Program-made: the position numbers and the translations under genes | Shown: positions 53,400-61,102 of the stretch, piece by piece | How positions within the stretch are numbered: position 1 is the first letter of the stretch | How the letters are laid out: each line of letters starts with the position of its first letter | Origin: Firmicutes bacterium UBA4975 | Lineage (GTDB): Bacteria > Bacillota > Proteinivoracia > UBA4975 | Direction: 5' to 3' | DNA: 61,102 nt | Assembly: GCA_002397155.1 (NCBI GenBank) | Contig: DGZR01000001.1 | Coordinates: 16,535-77,636 of the forward strand | Notes under the pieces: model-generated | Told to the model about the DNA's origin: nothing | Database searches by the model: none | What the model saw: the letters and a program-made list of their open reading frames with translations, nothing else

Positions 53400-55235
53400 A
53401 TGATCGGAACAAAATTGGTGGAGAGGTACCAGATTCTTGAACGGATAGGCGGAGGCGGCATGGCTGTTGTCTACAAAGCTCGCTGCACGTTGCTCAACCG
53501 CATTGTCGCCGTCAAAGTCCTGAGACGGCAATTCTCGGTGGACGAAGACTTCGTCCGGCGCTTTCGCCGGGAAGCCCAGGCGGCGGCCAGCCTATCCCAC
53601 CCCAACATTGTAAACATATACGACGTGGGCCAGGACAAGGAGGTCTACTTCATTGTCATGGAATACGTTGAGGGAGAGACTCTCAAGGACCTGATCGAAA
53701 GGGAGGGGCCCCTGGACCCGGCCCGGGGGGTCAGCATCGCCCGCCAGATTGCCAGCGCTCTTTACCACGCCCACGCCAACAAGATAATCCATCGGGACAT
53801 CAAGTCCCACAATGTATTAATCGCCAAGGACGGCCGGGTAAAAGTGGCGGATTTCGGCATCGCCAGGGCCGTCACTTCCACGACTCAGACCTTTTCTCCT
53901 AACTCTCTTATGGGTTCGGTCCATTACTTTTCTCCCGAACAAGCCCGGGGCAAAGTGGCGACGGAGCAATCCGATCTGTATTCCCTGGGCATTGTCCTCT
54001 ACGAAATGCTGACAAAAACTCTGCCCTTTGAAGGGGACAGCCCGGTGAGTATAGCGCTAAAGCACCTGCAGCAGACCATACCCCCGGCGGTCCAGCTCAA
54101 TCCCGCAATCAGCCCCGGTTTGCAGGCCATCCTCGACAAGCTGCTGGAAAAGGACAAATCCCGGCGCTACCAAAACGCCCTGGACCTGCTGGGCGCCCTT
54201 CGGTACTGGAACTCGCCCGCTCCCGACGGGCATAATCCCGAAAAGAGCGAGGCTGACGACCCTGAGAGCGAATTGCCCGCCTTCCCCCCAAAAAAGGGCT
54301 GGCGGTCCAGTGTGGGGAAAAGGCGTCTCATCACCGGCCTGGCCGTCATTCTGGGGGCGGCCGCCCTTGTCGCCCTGGCCATCCTCGGCATCTCCTCCTT
54401 GGCCAAGAGGTGGGAGATTAAGGAGATCCAAGTGCCCAGCGTGGTGGAAGAGACCAAGGAGGACGCCATTGCCCTTTTAGAAGCGGCCGGCTTTAGAAAT
54501 CACATTCTATCCGAGACCTTTCACGACACTATCCCCGACGGTTATGTGGCGCGGCAAAAACCAGCCGGCGGCCAGGTGGTCAAGCAGAGTCGGCCTATTG
54601 AGCTCATCATCAGCAAGGGACCGGTCTTGATCGAAGTGCCGCCGGTGGAAGGGTTGGACGTGCGGGTAGCCGAGTCAAACTTGCTGGCCAAGGGTCTGAA
54701 ATCCGCCCGGGTTAGCGAGTACAGTGAAGTGCACGAGGCGGGATTAGTCATACGCCAAGATCCGCTAGCCGGGGTTGGCTTGCCCAAGAACTCTGTGGTC
54801 AGCCTGGTGGTCAGTTCCGGGCCCCGGCCCTTCAAGATGCCCGGGGTAGTCGGCAAGACTTTGGCCGAGGCCTTGGAAATAATGGAAGGGCTGATGGTAG
54901 AGGTGCGCCAGGTCTGGAACCCGCGGCAGGGCAGTTCTCCCGGCGGCATCGTCACCAATCAGACCCCCGCCGGCAATGAAGAAGTCAAGCCCGGGGATAT
55001 CGTCTACTTGTACTTGCGCCCCTTCAATAAAATCGTCAAGCAGGTCGAAGTGTTTCTCAACCCCTGGGAAGAGAGCAGGGTAAAGATCGTCGTCAAGGAC
55101 GCCGCCGGGGAAGAAATTGTCTTTCAAGAAACGATCTCCGGCCGGTACTCATACAGCCAAACCGTTACCGGCTGGGAGTCGGGCACAATCAGCGTCTACG
55201 TCAACGACGGCCTGGTAGATAAAATACCTTTTTAA
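53400..55235 (+). CDS. prkC: PASTA-domain Ser/Thr protein kinase PrkC
   Basis: The ATG at 53400 follows GGGGAGGGG. Kinase motifs GGGGMAVVYKA, HRDIKSHN and DFGIA are present, then a TM segment, three PASTA-like repeats and a C-terminal beta domain. Confidence 0.95.
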   Translation: MIGTKLVERYQILERIGGGGMAVVYKARCTLLNRIVAVKVLRRQFSVDEDFVRRFRREAQAAASLSHPNIVNIYDVGQDKEVYFIVMEYVEGETLKDLIEREGPLDPARGVSIARQIASALYHAHANKIIHRDIKSHNVLIAKDGRVKVADFGIARAVTSTTQTFSPNSLMGSVHYFSPEQARGKVATEQSDLYSLGIVLYEMLTKTLPFEGDSPVSIALKHLQQTIPPAVQLNPAISPGLQAILDKLLEKDKSRRYQNALDLLGALRYWNSPAPDGHNPEKSEADDPESELPAFPPKKGWRSSVGKRRLITGLAVILGAAALVALAILGISSLAKRWEIKEIQVPSVVEETKEDAIALLEAAGFRNHILSETFHDTIPDGYVARQKPAGGQVVKQSRPIELIISKGPVLIEVPPVEGLDVRVAESNLLAKGLKSARVSEYSEVHEAGLVIRQDPLAGVGLPKNSVVSLVVSSGPRPFKMPGVVGKTLAEALEIMEGLMVEVRQVWNPRQGSSPGGIVTNQTPAGNEEVKPGDIVYLYLRPFNKIVKQVEVFLNPWEESRVKIVVKDAAGEEIVFQETISGRYSYSQTVTGWESGTISVYVNDGLVDKIPF

Positions 55236-55250
55236 AGCGCAGGTGATAGG

Positions 55251-56132
55251 ATGGAGCAAGCACAAGGGATAGTGGTGAGCATCATTGCGGGCTACTACTT
55301 TGTCGAAGCAAAAAAAAACCTCTGGCGCTGCCGGGGCCGGGGCAAGCTCAGGTTGGACGACCTCGCCCCCATGGCGGGGGATCGAGTAGAGTTTAGCCCC
55401 GGGCCGGAGGGGACCGGCACGGTCTTGGCCGTGCTGCCCCGGACTAACTGGCTTTTGCGGCCGGCGGTGGCCAATGTGGGCGCTGTCGTCGTGGTTTTAG
55501 CCCCCCAAAATCCCCCGCCCAACCTGTTGCTGGCGGACAAGCTGCTGGCCCAGACTTTGTCCCAGGAGATGGAGGCAGTTGTCTGCGTCAATAAAGCCGA
55601 CTTAGACCCCCAGGGGGCCCAAGCCCTGGCGGCCAGGTACAGACGGGCCGGTTTTCCCAGCCTGGCCTGTTCCGCCTTGAGCGGTCAGGGACTAGATGAG
55701 CTTGTCTCAATGCTGGGAGAGGGAATCGCCGTCCTGGCCGGCCAGTCCGGGGCCGGCAAAAGTCAAATCATTGCCCAAGTGGCAGGGGGACGGCTGGAAT
55801 TGCCCGTCGAAGTGGGCAAGCTGAGCGAAAAAATCGGGCGGGGCAAGCACACCACCCGCCAGGTGTCCCTCCTACCCCTAAAAAGCGGGGGTAAGATCGC
55901 CGACACCCCCGGTTTCAGCGTTTTGGACCTGGATATCGACAGCACCGCCCTCTATCGCTTTTATCCCGAGTTCACCGGCGGCGCATGCAAATTTTCTCCC
56001 TGCTACCACGTCCACGAACCGGAATGCGCCGTTATAGCTGGCTGGCAGCAGGGAGATATCGACTCCAGCCGCTACGAAAATTACCTGAAGATCTATGCCG
56101 AACTTCAAGAAAAGGAGGCAAACCGCTATTAG
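55251..56132 (+). CDS. rsgA: Ribosome small-subunit-dependent GTPase A
   Basis: Circularly permuted GTPase with NKADL then GQSGAGKS. C-terminal zinc knuckle C.F..C.H..EP.C. Confidence 0.95.
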   Translation: MEQAQGIVVSIIAGYYFVEAKKNLWRCRGRGKLRLDDLAPMAGDRVEFSPGPEGTGTVLAVLPRTNWLLRPAVANVGAVVVVLAPQNPPPNLLLADKLLAQTLSQEMEAVVCVNKADLDPQGAQALAARYRRAGFPSLACSALSGQGLDELVSMLGEGIAVLAGQSGAGKSQIIAQVAGGRLELPVEVGKLSEKIGRGKHTTRQVSLLPLKSGGKIADTPGFSVLDLDIDSTALYRFYPEFTGGACKFSPCYHVHEPECAVIAGWQQGDIDSSRYENYLKIYAELQEKEANRY

Positions 56133-56781
56133 CCCCCTTATTTCAGCTTCTATTCTCGCTGCCGATCCCCTCAACCTGGGGCGGGACGCTCTCTCAATCA
56201 TCGAGGCGGGCGCCGACTGGCTCCACCTGGACATCATGGACGGACACTACGTGCCCAACATCACTTACGGGCCCGCCTTGGTCGGCGCTCTCCGGGGCCT
56301 GAGTACCCGGGTTCTGGACGTCCACCTCATGATCAGTGAACCCGACCGTTACATCCAGGACTTTGCCCGGGCCGGGGCCGACTACCTGACTGTCCATCCC
56401 GAAACCTGTCCCCACTTGCACCGGACCCTGGCGGCGATCAAAGAAGCCGGATGCAAGGCCGGAGTATCTCTTAACCCGGCCACCCTGCCCTCCGCCCTGG
56501 ACTATGTCTGGGACCTGGTGGACCTGGTTCTCCTCATGTCTGTCAATCCGGGTTTTGGCGGTCAGGACTTTATTCCGGCCACCCTGGCCAAAGTGGGGGC
56601 CGTGGCGGCAAAGCGGAAAGAGCACCAGCTCCAGACCTTGCTGGCGGTGGACGGCGGCGTTGGCCCGGAAAACAGCGGCGCCCTGGCTGCGGCCGGCGTC
56701 GATGTCCTGGTGGCCGGCTCCGCTCTCTTTAGCGCCGCCGACCCCGCCGCTGTCATCAGGCAAATGAAGGGGAAGACCTAG
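56095..56781 (+). CDS. rpe: Ribulose-phosphate 3-epimerase
   Basis: SASILAAD, HLDIMDGHYVPNIT, MSVNPGFGGQ and DGGV motifs are present. The start is ambiguous: the ATG at 56095 lacks an SD and lies inside rsgA, while the ATT at 56128 lies 9 nt after GGAGG. Confidence 0.92.
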   Translation: MPNFKKRRQTAISPLISASILAADPLNLGRDALSIIEAGADWLHLDIMDGHYVPNITYGPALVGALRGLSTRVLDVHLMISEPDRYIQDFARAGADYLTVHPETCPHLHRTLAAIKEAGCKAGVSLNPATLPSALDYVWDLVDLVLLMSVNPGFGGQDFIPATLAKVGAVAAKRKEHQLQTLLAVDGGVGPENSGALAAAGVDVLVAGSALFSAADPAAVIRQMKGKT

Positions 56782-56798
56782 CAGGGGGTCTTTTTTTC
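56773..56798 (+). terminator. Weak terminator after rpe
   Basis: AAGACC / 8-nt loop / GGTCTT followed by T7. Confidence 0.45.
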
Positions 56799-56819
56799 TT
56801 TTGCACATCTCTTGGGCTT

Positions 56820-57023
56820 ATGCATAGGATGAAGCAAGGGGTGAAGCCGTTGAGAAGGCCGGGAAGGGCGCTGGGAGGCGGCAATTTACTTGGCAAGCTG
56901 GCGGGGGTAGTCCTGGCGGTCTCGGGCTTGGGGATAATCGCCGCGAAAATGCCCTCCCTGTTCTGGTGGTTTCTTTTGGGGGGCGGACTCATTTTTTTGG
57001 GCGCCAGACTATTCTTGAGCTAG
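56820..57023 (+). CDS. Small two-TM membrane protein (hypothetical)
   Basis: Two hydrophobic helices (LAGVVLAVSGLGIIA and LFWWFLLGGGLIFLGA). The start is uncertain (the GTG at 56841 or the TTG at 56850 have better SD context). Confidence 0.5.
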   Translation: MHRMKQGVKPLRRPGRALGGGNLLGKLAGVVLAVSGLGIIAAKMPSLFWWFLLGGGLIFLGARLFLS

Positions 57024-57036
57024 GGGAGGGGTAGCG

Positions 57037-57117
57037 ATGAAAATCTATGCCGTCAAACTTCACCCGGTGCTGTCAGCGATAGCCCGCATTTTTTTCCGCC
57101 GGGCCGTCCTGAAATGA
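57037..57117 (+). CDS. spoVM: Stage V sporulation protein M (26-aa amphipathic peptide)
   Basis: Not in the ORF track because it is under 60 aa. The ATG lies 5 nt after GGGGAGGGG (57023-57031). The translation is MKIYAVKLHPVLSAIARIFFRRAVLK. B. subtilis SpoVM is MKFYTIKLPKFLGGIVRAMLGSFRKD. Both have the same length and the same MK.Y..KL...L..I.R pattern, and both lie next to rpmB. Confidence 0.8.
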   Translation: MKIYAVKLHPVLSAIARIFFRRAVLK

Positions 57118-57158
57118 AAAAAAGACGGTTCTCCTGCCGATGAAGCAGGAGAACCGTC
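57117..57158 (-). terminator. Rho-independent terminator of rpmB (hairpin also closes spoVM)
   Basis: 14-bp perfect stem GACGGTTCTCCTGC / CGATGAA / GCAGGAGAACCGTC. The T7 tract is on the minus strand (A-run at 57117-57123). Confidence 0.85.
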
Positions 57159-57162
57159 CCCA

Positions 57163-57354
57163 TTAAATGACTCTTTTGACTTTTCCGGATTTAAGACAGC
57201 GGGTGCAGACATTCACCCGTTTTGTTTTACCGTCGATTAGGGCCCTTACCCTTTGGAGATTAGGGGCCCATGTTCTTTTAGTGCGTATGTGGGAGTGGCT
57301 GACCTGAAAACTGGACTTGACGCCCTTGGCGCAGATAGCGCATTGCCTGGCCAT
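57163..57354 (-). CDS. rpmB: 50S ribosomal protein L28
   Basis: MARQCAICAKG...SHSH.RTKR.W.PNLQ. The ATG at 57354 lies after AAGGAGGTG. The track ORF start at 57384 is rejected. Confidence 0.96.
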   Translation of the reverse strand: MARQCAICAKGVKSSFQVSHSHIRTKRTWAPNLQRVRALIDGKTKRVNVCTRCLKSGKVKRVI

Positions 57355-57382
57355 GACTAACACCTCCTTAATGACAAAAACC

Positions 57383-57412
57383 ATTTTAACACAAAGGGCC
57401 GGGGGTTTACAA
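57383..57412 (-). promoter_or_regulatory. Sigma-A promoter candidate for rpmB
   Basis: The reverse strand reads TTGTAA (57412-57407), 18 nt, TG-T-TAAAAT (the -10 at 57388-57383). Confidence 0.45.
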
Positions 57413-57485
57413 GGCTTGGTCCTATGACTTTTAATTTAAAATGGTTTATAGTAAAATTAAGCAGGTGTAAAGGAGGGTTACCGGG

Positions 57486-57845
57486 ATGTTAATAGAGACA
57501 GATTTAGGCAGTATCGAAATAACTAACGATGTCATCGCCACCATCGCCGGAGTAGCCGCGGTGGAAAGCTATGGCCTGGTGGGCATGGCCTCCCGCAAGC
57601 AGCTTAAAGATGGCATAGTAGAATTGCTCGGCCGGGACAATCTCAGCCGCGGGGTTGAGGTCAGGGAAGAAGAGGGCGAGCTGTTTATTGATCTGTACAT
57701 CATTGTCGGGTACGGTACCCGAATCGATGAAGTTGCCAATAATGTCATTTCCACGGTGAAGTACTCGGTGGAGAAGTACACCGGCCTACCCGTCGGCACG
57801 GTGAACATCAATGTTCAGGGAGTGCGAGTTATCAACGGCAAGTAG
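57486..57845 (+). CDS. Asp23/Gls24-family envelope stress protein (YloU-like)
   Basis: IEITNDVIATIAGVAA.E..G pattern. ~120 aa. Canonical position before yloV. Confidence 0.9.
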   Translation: MLIETDLGSIEITNDVIATIAGVAAVESYGLVGMASRKQLKDGIVELLGRDNLSRGVEVREEEGELFIDLYIIVGYGTRIDEVANNVISTVKYSVEKYTGLPVGTVNINVQGVRVINGK

Positions 57846-57860
57846 AGGAGGAACCTACCT

Positions 57861-59477
57861 ATGAAATACAACGCGCTAAATGCCGAAGAACTGCGTAGCA
57901 TGTTGATGGCCGGCGCTCTGGTCCTGGGGCGGCACAAAGAAGAGGTCAACAGTCTCAATGTCTTTCCCGTCCCCGACGGGGACACCGGGACAAATATGAA
58001 TCTTACCGTTGAAGCCGCCAACCGGGAAATGGCCAAGGAAAAAACGGCCGGGATTAAGCAGGTGGCCGACGCCCTTTCCATGGGTTCGCTGATGGGGGCC
58101 CGGGGCAACTCGGGGGTAATCCTCTCCCAGATCTTTAGGGGGTTGGCCCGGGGGCTGGCCGAAGCGGAGAGCATCACGCCGGGGGTCTTTGCCGAAGCCC
58201 TGCAGATGGGAGTGGACACTGCCTACAAGGCGGTGATCAAGCCGGTGGAAGGGACAATCCTCACCGTGGTCAAGGGGGCGGCGCGTGAGGCGGCCAAGCA
58301 TTCCCGGGCCGAGAGCTTAAACGAGCTGATGGAAAAGGTCTTGGAAGCGGCCCAGCGCACCCTGGCCCGGACCCCCGAGCAACTGCCTGTGCTCAAACAG
58401 GCCGGGGTGGTCGACGCCGGCGGCAAGGGCCTGTGCTACATTTTTCAGGGCTGGCTGGATTTCTTGCAAGGGCGGCAGACCGTCGAAGACTATGTCCCCG
58501 CCGTCGAGGGGCCGGCTTATCATGAAGGCGTTGACGAAGGGGAACTGGAGTACAAGTACTGCACCGAATTTCTCCTCCTGGGGGACGACCTGGATGAAGA
58601 GGTCTTTCGCCGGGAACTGGGCAAGCAGGGGGACTCCCTGGTTGTGGTGGGGAGCAGCGGACTCATAAAAATACATGTTCATACAAACAATCCCGGGTTG
58701 GTTTTAGACTTTGCCCTATCCCAGGGCAGCGAGCTCCAGGACATTAAAATAGACAACATGAAGTACCAGCACCGAGAAATCCTGGCCCTGGCGCCGGAAC
58801 CGCCGCCAGCCGAGGCCAAGCTGAACGGCGTCGTCACCGTCGCCGCCGGCCAGGGCATGGTGGAGATTTTTAAGAGCATCGGCGCCGATTACATCGTGCC
58901 CGGGGGCCAGACCATGAACCCCAGCACCGAGGATTTTTTGCAGGCAATTAAGGAGACCAACGCCCAGAGGATAATCATCCTGCCCAACAACGGCAACATC
59001 CTCATGGCGGCCAAGCAGGCGGCCGAAGTGGCGGAAAAGCCGGTGGTGGTGATTCCGACGGGGACTATACCCCAGGGCCTTACCGCCCTGCTCAGCTATT
59101 CCCCCGAAGAAGAAAGTTTGGAAAATTTAGAGGCGGCCATGGGGGAGGGCCTGTCCCAGGTAAAAACGGGCCAAGTGACCTATGCTGTCCGGGACTCAGT
59201 TTTTGACGGCCAGCCCATTGCCGAAGGCAGCATTCTCGGCCTCGCCGAGGGTAAAATAGTGGAGGTGGGCGTCGAAATTGAAGAGACGGCCCTGGGCCTC
59301 ATTGAAAAGATGCTGGACCAAGAGGCGGAACTCATCACGCTTTTTTCCGGCGAAGACTTTGAGTACAAAAAAGCAGAAGCCCTGGCCGACCTTCTCCGGG
59401 CCAAATTTCCCCATTTGGAGATCGAGCTCCATCCGGGGGGGCAGCCGGTGTACTACCTGATCATCGCCATCGAGTGA
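57861..59477 (+). CDS. DAK2-domain fusion protein YloV
   Basis: The N-terminal DhaL motif VFPVPDGDTGTNM and the C-terminal YloV-type domain are present. 538 aa. Confidence 0.92.
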   Translation: MKYNALNAEELRSMLMAGALVLGRHKEEVNSLNVFPVPDGDTGTNMNLTVEAANREMAKEKTAGIKQVADALSMGSLMGARGNSGVILSQIFRGLARGLAEAESITPGVFAEALQMGVDTAYKAVIKPVEGTILTVVKGAAREAAKHSRAESLNELMEKVLEAAQRTLARTPEQLPVLKQAGVVDAGGKGLCYIFQGWLDFLQGRQTVEDYVPAVEGPAYHEGVDEGELEYKYCTEFLLLGDDLDEEVFRRELGKQGDSLVVVGSSGLIKIHVHTNNPGLVLDFALSQGSELQDIKIDNMKYQHREILALAPEPPPAEAKLNGVVTVAAGQGMVEIFKSIGADYIVPGGQTMNPSTEDFLQAIKETNAQRIIILPNNGNILMAAKQAAEVAEKPVVVIPTGTIPQGLTALLSYSPEEESLENLEAAMGEGLSQVKTGQVTYAVRDSVFDGQPIAEGSILGLAEGKIVEVGVEIEETALGLIEKMLDQEAELITLFSGEDFEYKKAEALADLLRAKFPHLEIELHPGGQPVYYLIIAIE

Positions 59478-59506
59478 TTTTTCTCCTCTTTAGGAGGTTT
59501 TAGTCC

Positions 59507-61102
59507 GTGAATAAAGCCGTACAGTACCTCAAGGGAGTGGGGCCGGTCAGGGCCCGCCAATTGGCCCGGCTGGGCCTCGTCACCTGCCGGGATCTGGTCC
59601 GGCACTTTCCCCGGGAGTACAGCCGCCGTCGGCCCGCCGCCATCAGCCGCCTGCCCGGGCTGGCCGGGGAGACAGTGATCATCTCGGGCAGGCTGACCGA
59701 TACTCCTAAAGAATACCGGCGGCGGGTGCACATTCTCAGCGCCACTGTCGCAGATTCCAGCGGCTGGGTACGCTGCACCTGGTTTAACCAGGCCTACCTC
59801 CGGGACAAGCTGGGGCGGGGCCGGGGTATAAGCGTAGCCGGTAAGTACTCCCCGGAGTACGGCGGCAACATTGTCGTTGAGGAATACAGCCTGACCGGGC
59901 CCCTGGCGGAAATTCAGCCGGTGTACAGCTTGACCGAAGGCATTACCCAGCAAGGGCTGGCCAAGATTATCGGGCAGGCCCTGGCAGAATATGAAGAGCC
60001 CGAACTGTTTCCCCCGGAGTTTAGAGAAAAATACGGCCTCTTGCCCGCCCACCGGGCTCTGGCGGCCCTGCACTTTCCCAGCAGCAGCGATGAGCTGGAA
60101 AAAGCTCTCTACACCGGCAAATTCACCGAGCTTTTTTTATACCAGTTGAGTTTTATGTTCTGGCGGCGCCAAAGAATCGAGCCCCAGGGATTTGTCCTAA
60201 AGCCTGTTCCAGGATTGTTGGCAAAGCTGGAAGAGCTCTTTGCCTTTGGATTCAGCCAGGACCAAGTAAAAGCCGTCGACGAAATCCAAGGGGATTTGGC
60301 AAGGGGCAGGCCCATGAGCCGCTTGCTCCAGGGGGACGTGGGCAGCGGCAAGACCGCCGTCGCCGCCCACGCCCTCCTTACTTGCGCCTTAAACGGCGGC
60401 AAGGGGGTTTTCATGGCCCCGACGGAAATTGTCGCCCAGCAGCATTACGGCACTTTACAGACTCCGGCCCGGGCCTTGGGGGTCAACCTCTTGCTCCTCA
60501 CCGGGAGCAGCAAAAAAACCGAGCGGGCCCAAGTCCAGGCCGCCCTGCTCAACCCCGGCGGCCTCGTCTTAGTGGGCACCCACGCCGTTTTTCAGGAGGG
60601 CTTGATCATGGAGGAGCTGGCCCTGGTGGTGACCGACGAACAACACCGGTTTGGCGTGGGCCAGCGCCTGGCCCTCAGCGAAAAGGGCGGCAATCCCCAT
60701 GTCTTGGCCATGTCGGCCACGCCAATACCCCGCACCCTGGCCATGACCCTGTATGGCGACTTGGATATATCCACCATCAGGCAAAAGCCCCTGGGGCGGA
60801 AAGAAGTAGTGACAAAAATCGTCCCCGCCTCCCAGCGGCAAAAGGTCTTTGACTTTATCCGCCGGGAAATCGGCAAGGGAAATTCCGGCTACATCATCTG
60901 TCCCCTCATTGACGACTCCGAAGAGGTCCAAGCCCTGTCTCTGGCGGCCTATGAAAAAATCCTGGCCCGAGGGCTGCCGGGCTACAAGTACGGTGTCCTC
61001 CACGGGCGCCTGACGGGAGCGGAAAAGGACGGCATTCTGGCGGCTATGCAAGGGGGAGAACTGCACTTTCTCCTGGCGACCACCGTCGTCGAGGGGGGGG
61101 TC
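59507..61102 (+). CDS. recG: ATP-dependent DNA helicase RecG (5' partial, runs off window)
   Basis: Not in the ORF track because there is no stop in the window. The GTG at 59507 lies 8 nt after AGGAGG. VNKAVQYLKGVGPVRARQLARLG wedge N-terminus, GDVGSGKT Walker A (from 60329, in frame) and VTDEQHRFG DEQH box are present. Confidence 0.93.
   Translation, partial: MNKAVQYLKGVGPVRARQLARLGLVTCRDLVRHFPREYSRRRPAAISRLPGLAGETVIISGRLTDTPKEYRRRVHILSATVADSSGWVRCTWFNQAYLRDKLGRGRGISVAGKYSPEYGGNIVVEEYSLTGPLAEIQPVYSLTEGITQQGLAKIIGQALAEYEEPELFPPEFREKYGLLPAHRALAALHFPSSSDELEKALYTGKFTELFLYQLSFMFWRRQRIEPQGFVLKPVPGLLAKLEELFAFGFSQDQVKAVDEIQGDLARGRPMSRLLQGDVGSGKTAVAAHALLTCALNGGKGVFMAPTEIVAQQHYGTLQTPARALGVNLLLLTGSSKKTERAQVQAALLNPGGLVLVGTHAVFQEGLIMEELALVVTDEQHRFGVGQRLALSEKGGNPHVLAMSATPIPRTLAMTLYGDLDISTIRQKPLGRKEVVTKIVPASQRQKVFDFIRREIGKGNSGYIICPLIDDSEEVQALSLAAYEKILARGLPGYKYGVLHGRLTGAEKDGILAAMQGGELHFLLATTVVEGGV

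Noticed and set aside
57381-57449. 9-nt inverted repeat CCATTTTAA...TTAAAATGG spanning the rpmB / asp23 divergent promoter region.
   Set aside because: This is AT-rich promoter DNA in which such matches arise easily. The arms coincide with the -10-like elements of the two divergent promoters, and there is no evidence for a distinct regulatory site.

Overview
This is a 61.1-kb, visibly GC-rich and very gene-dense chromosomal segment. Coding is almost entirely on the + strand. It comes from an endospore-forming Bacillota genome (Clostridia-like); spoIIGA-sigE-sigG, spoVM, ylmC and remA are all present.

Layout:
1. 1-12.9 kb looks accessory. It holds a twin GC hairpin repeat, a small orphan P-loop NTPase, a small membrane protein, an NDP-sugar pyrophosphorylase fused to a degenerate phosphohexomutase-like domain, a 2706-aa cyclic beta-1,2-glucan synthase-like gene and a 270-aa orphan.
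2. 12.9-19.7 kb holds nrdR, a PHP hydrolase, a small gene with a sigma-G-type promoter, a DUF421 protein, tRNA-Arg(CCG), a DMT protein, OsmC and lgt-copZ-ccdA-tlpA.
3. 19.7-40 kb holds the dcw cluster mraZ-rsmH-ftsL-PBP-murF-mraY-murD-ftsW/spoVE-murA-ftsQ-ftsA-ftsZ, then spoIIGA-sigE-sigG, ylmC, an M23 peptidase, an HlyD-like protein and yggS-yggT-ylmH-divIVA.
4. 40-61 kb holds lspA-rluD, rqcH (minus strand), a Ca-type P-ATPase, yicC-remA-rpoZ-priA-def-fmt-rlmN-PP2C-prkC-rsgA-rpe, an unlisted spoVM micro-ORF, rpmB (minus strand), asp23-yloV and the 5' part of recG.

I found no rRNA, CRISPR array, transposase, integrase or prophage genes. I cannot point to a convincing novel multi-gene system.

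The items most worth a second look are:
- the spoVM micro-ORF that the ORF track misses;
- a perfect sigma-G promoter in front of a 62-aa hydrophilic protein;
- the glucan-synthase module and its pseudo-enzyme partner;
- a CsoR-type palindrome in front of ccdA-tlpA;
- a BrxF-like orphan ATPase at the window edge;
- the unusually stripped-down dcw, ylm and ylo clusters.

All family assignments rest on motif recognition by eye, not on database searches.
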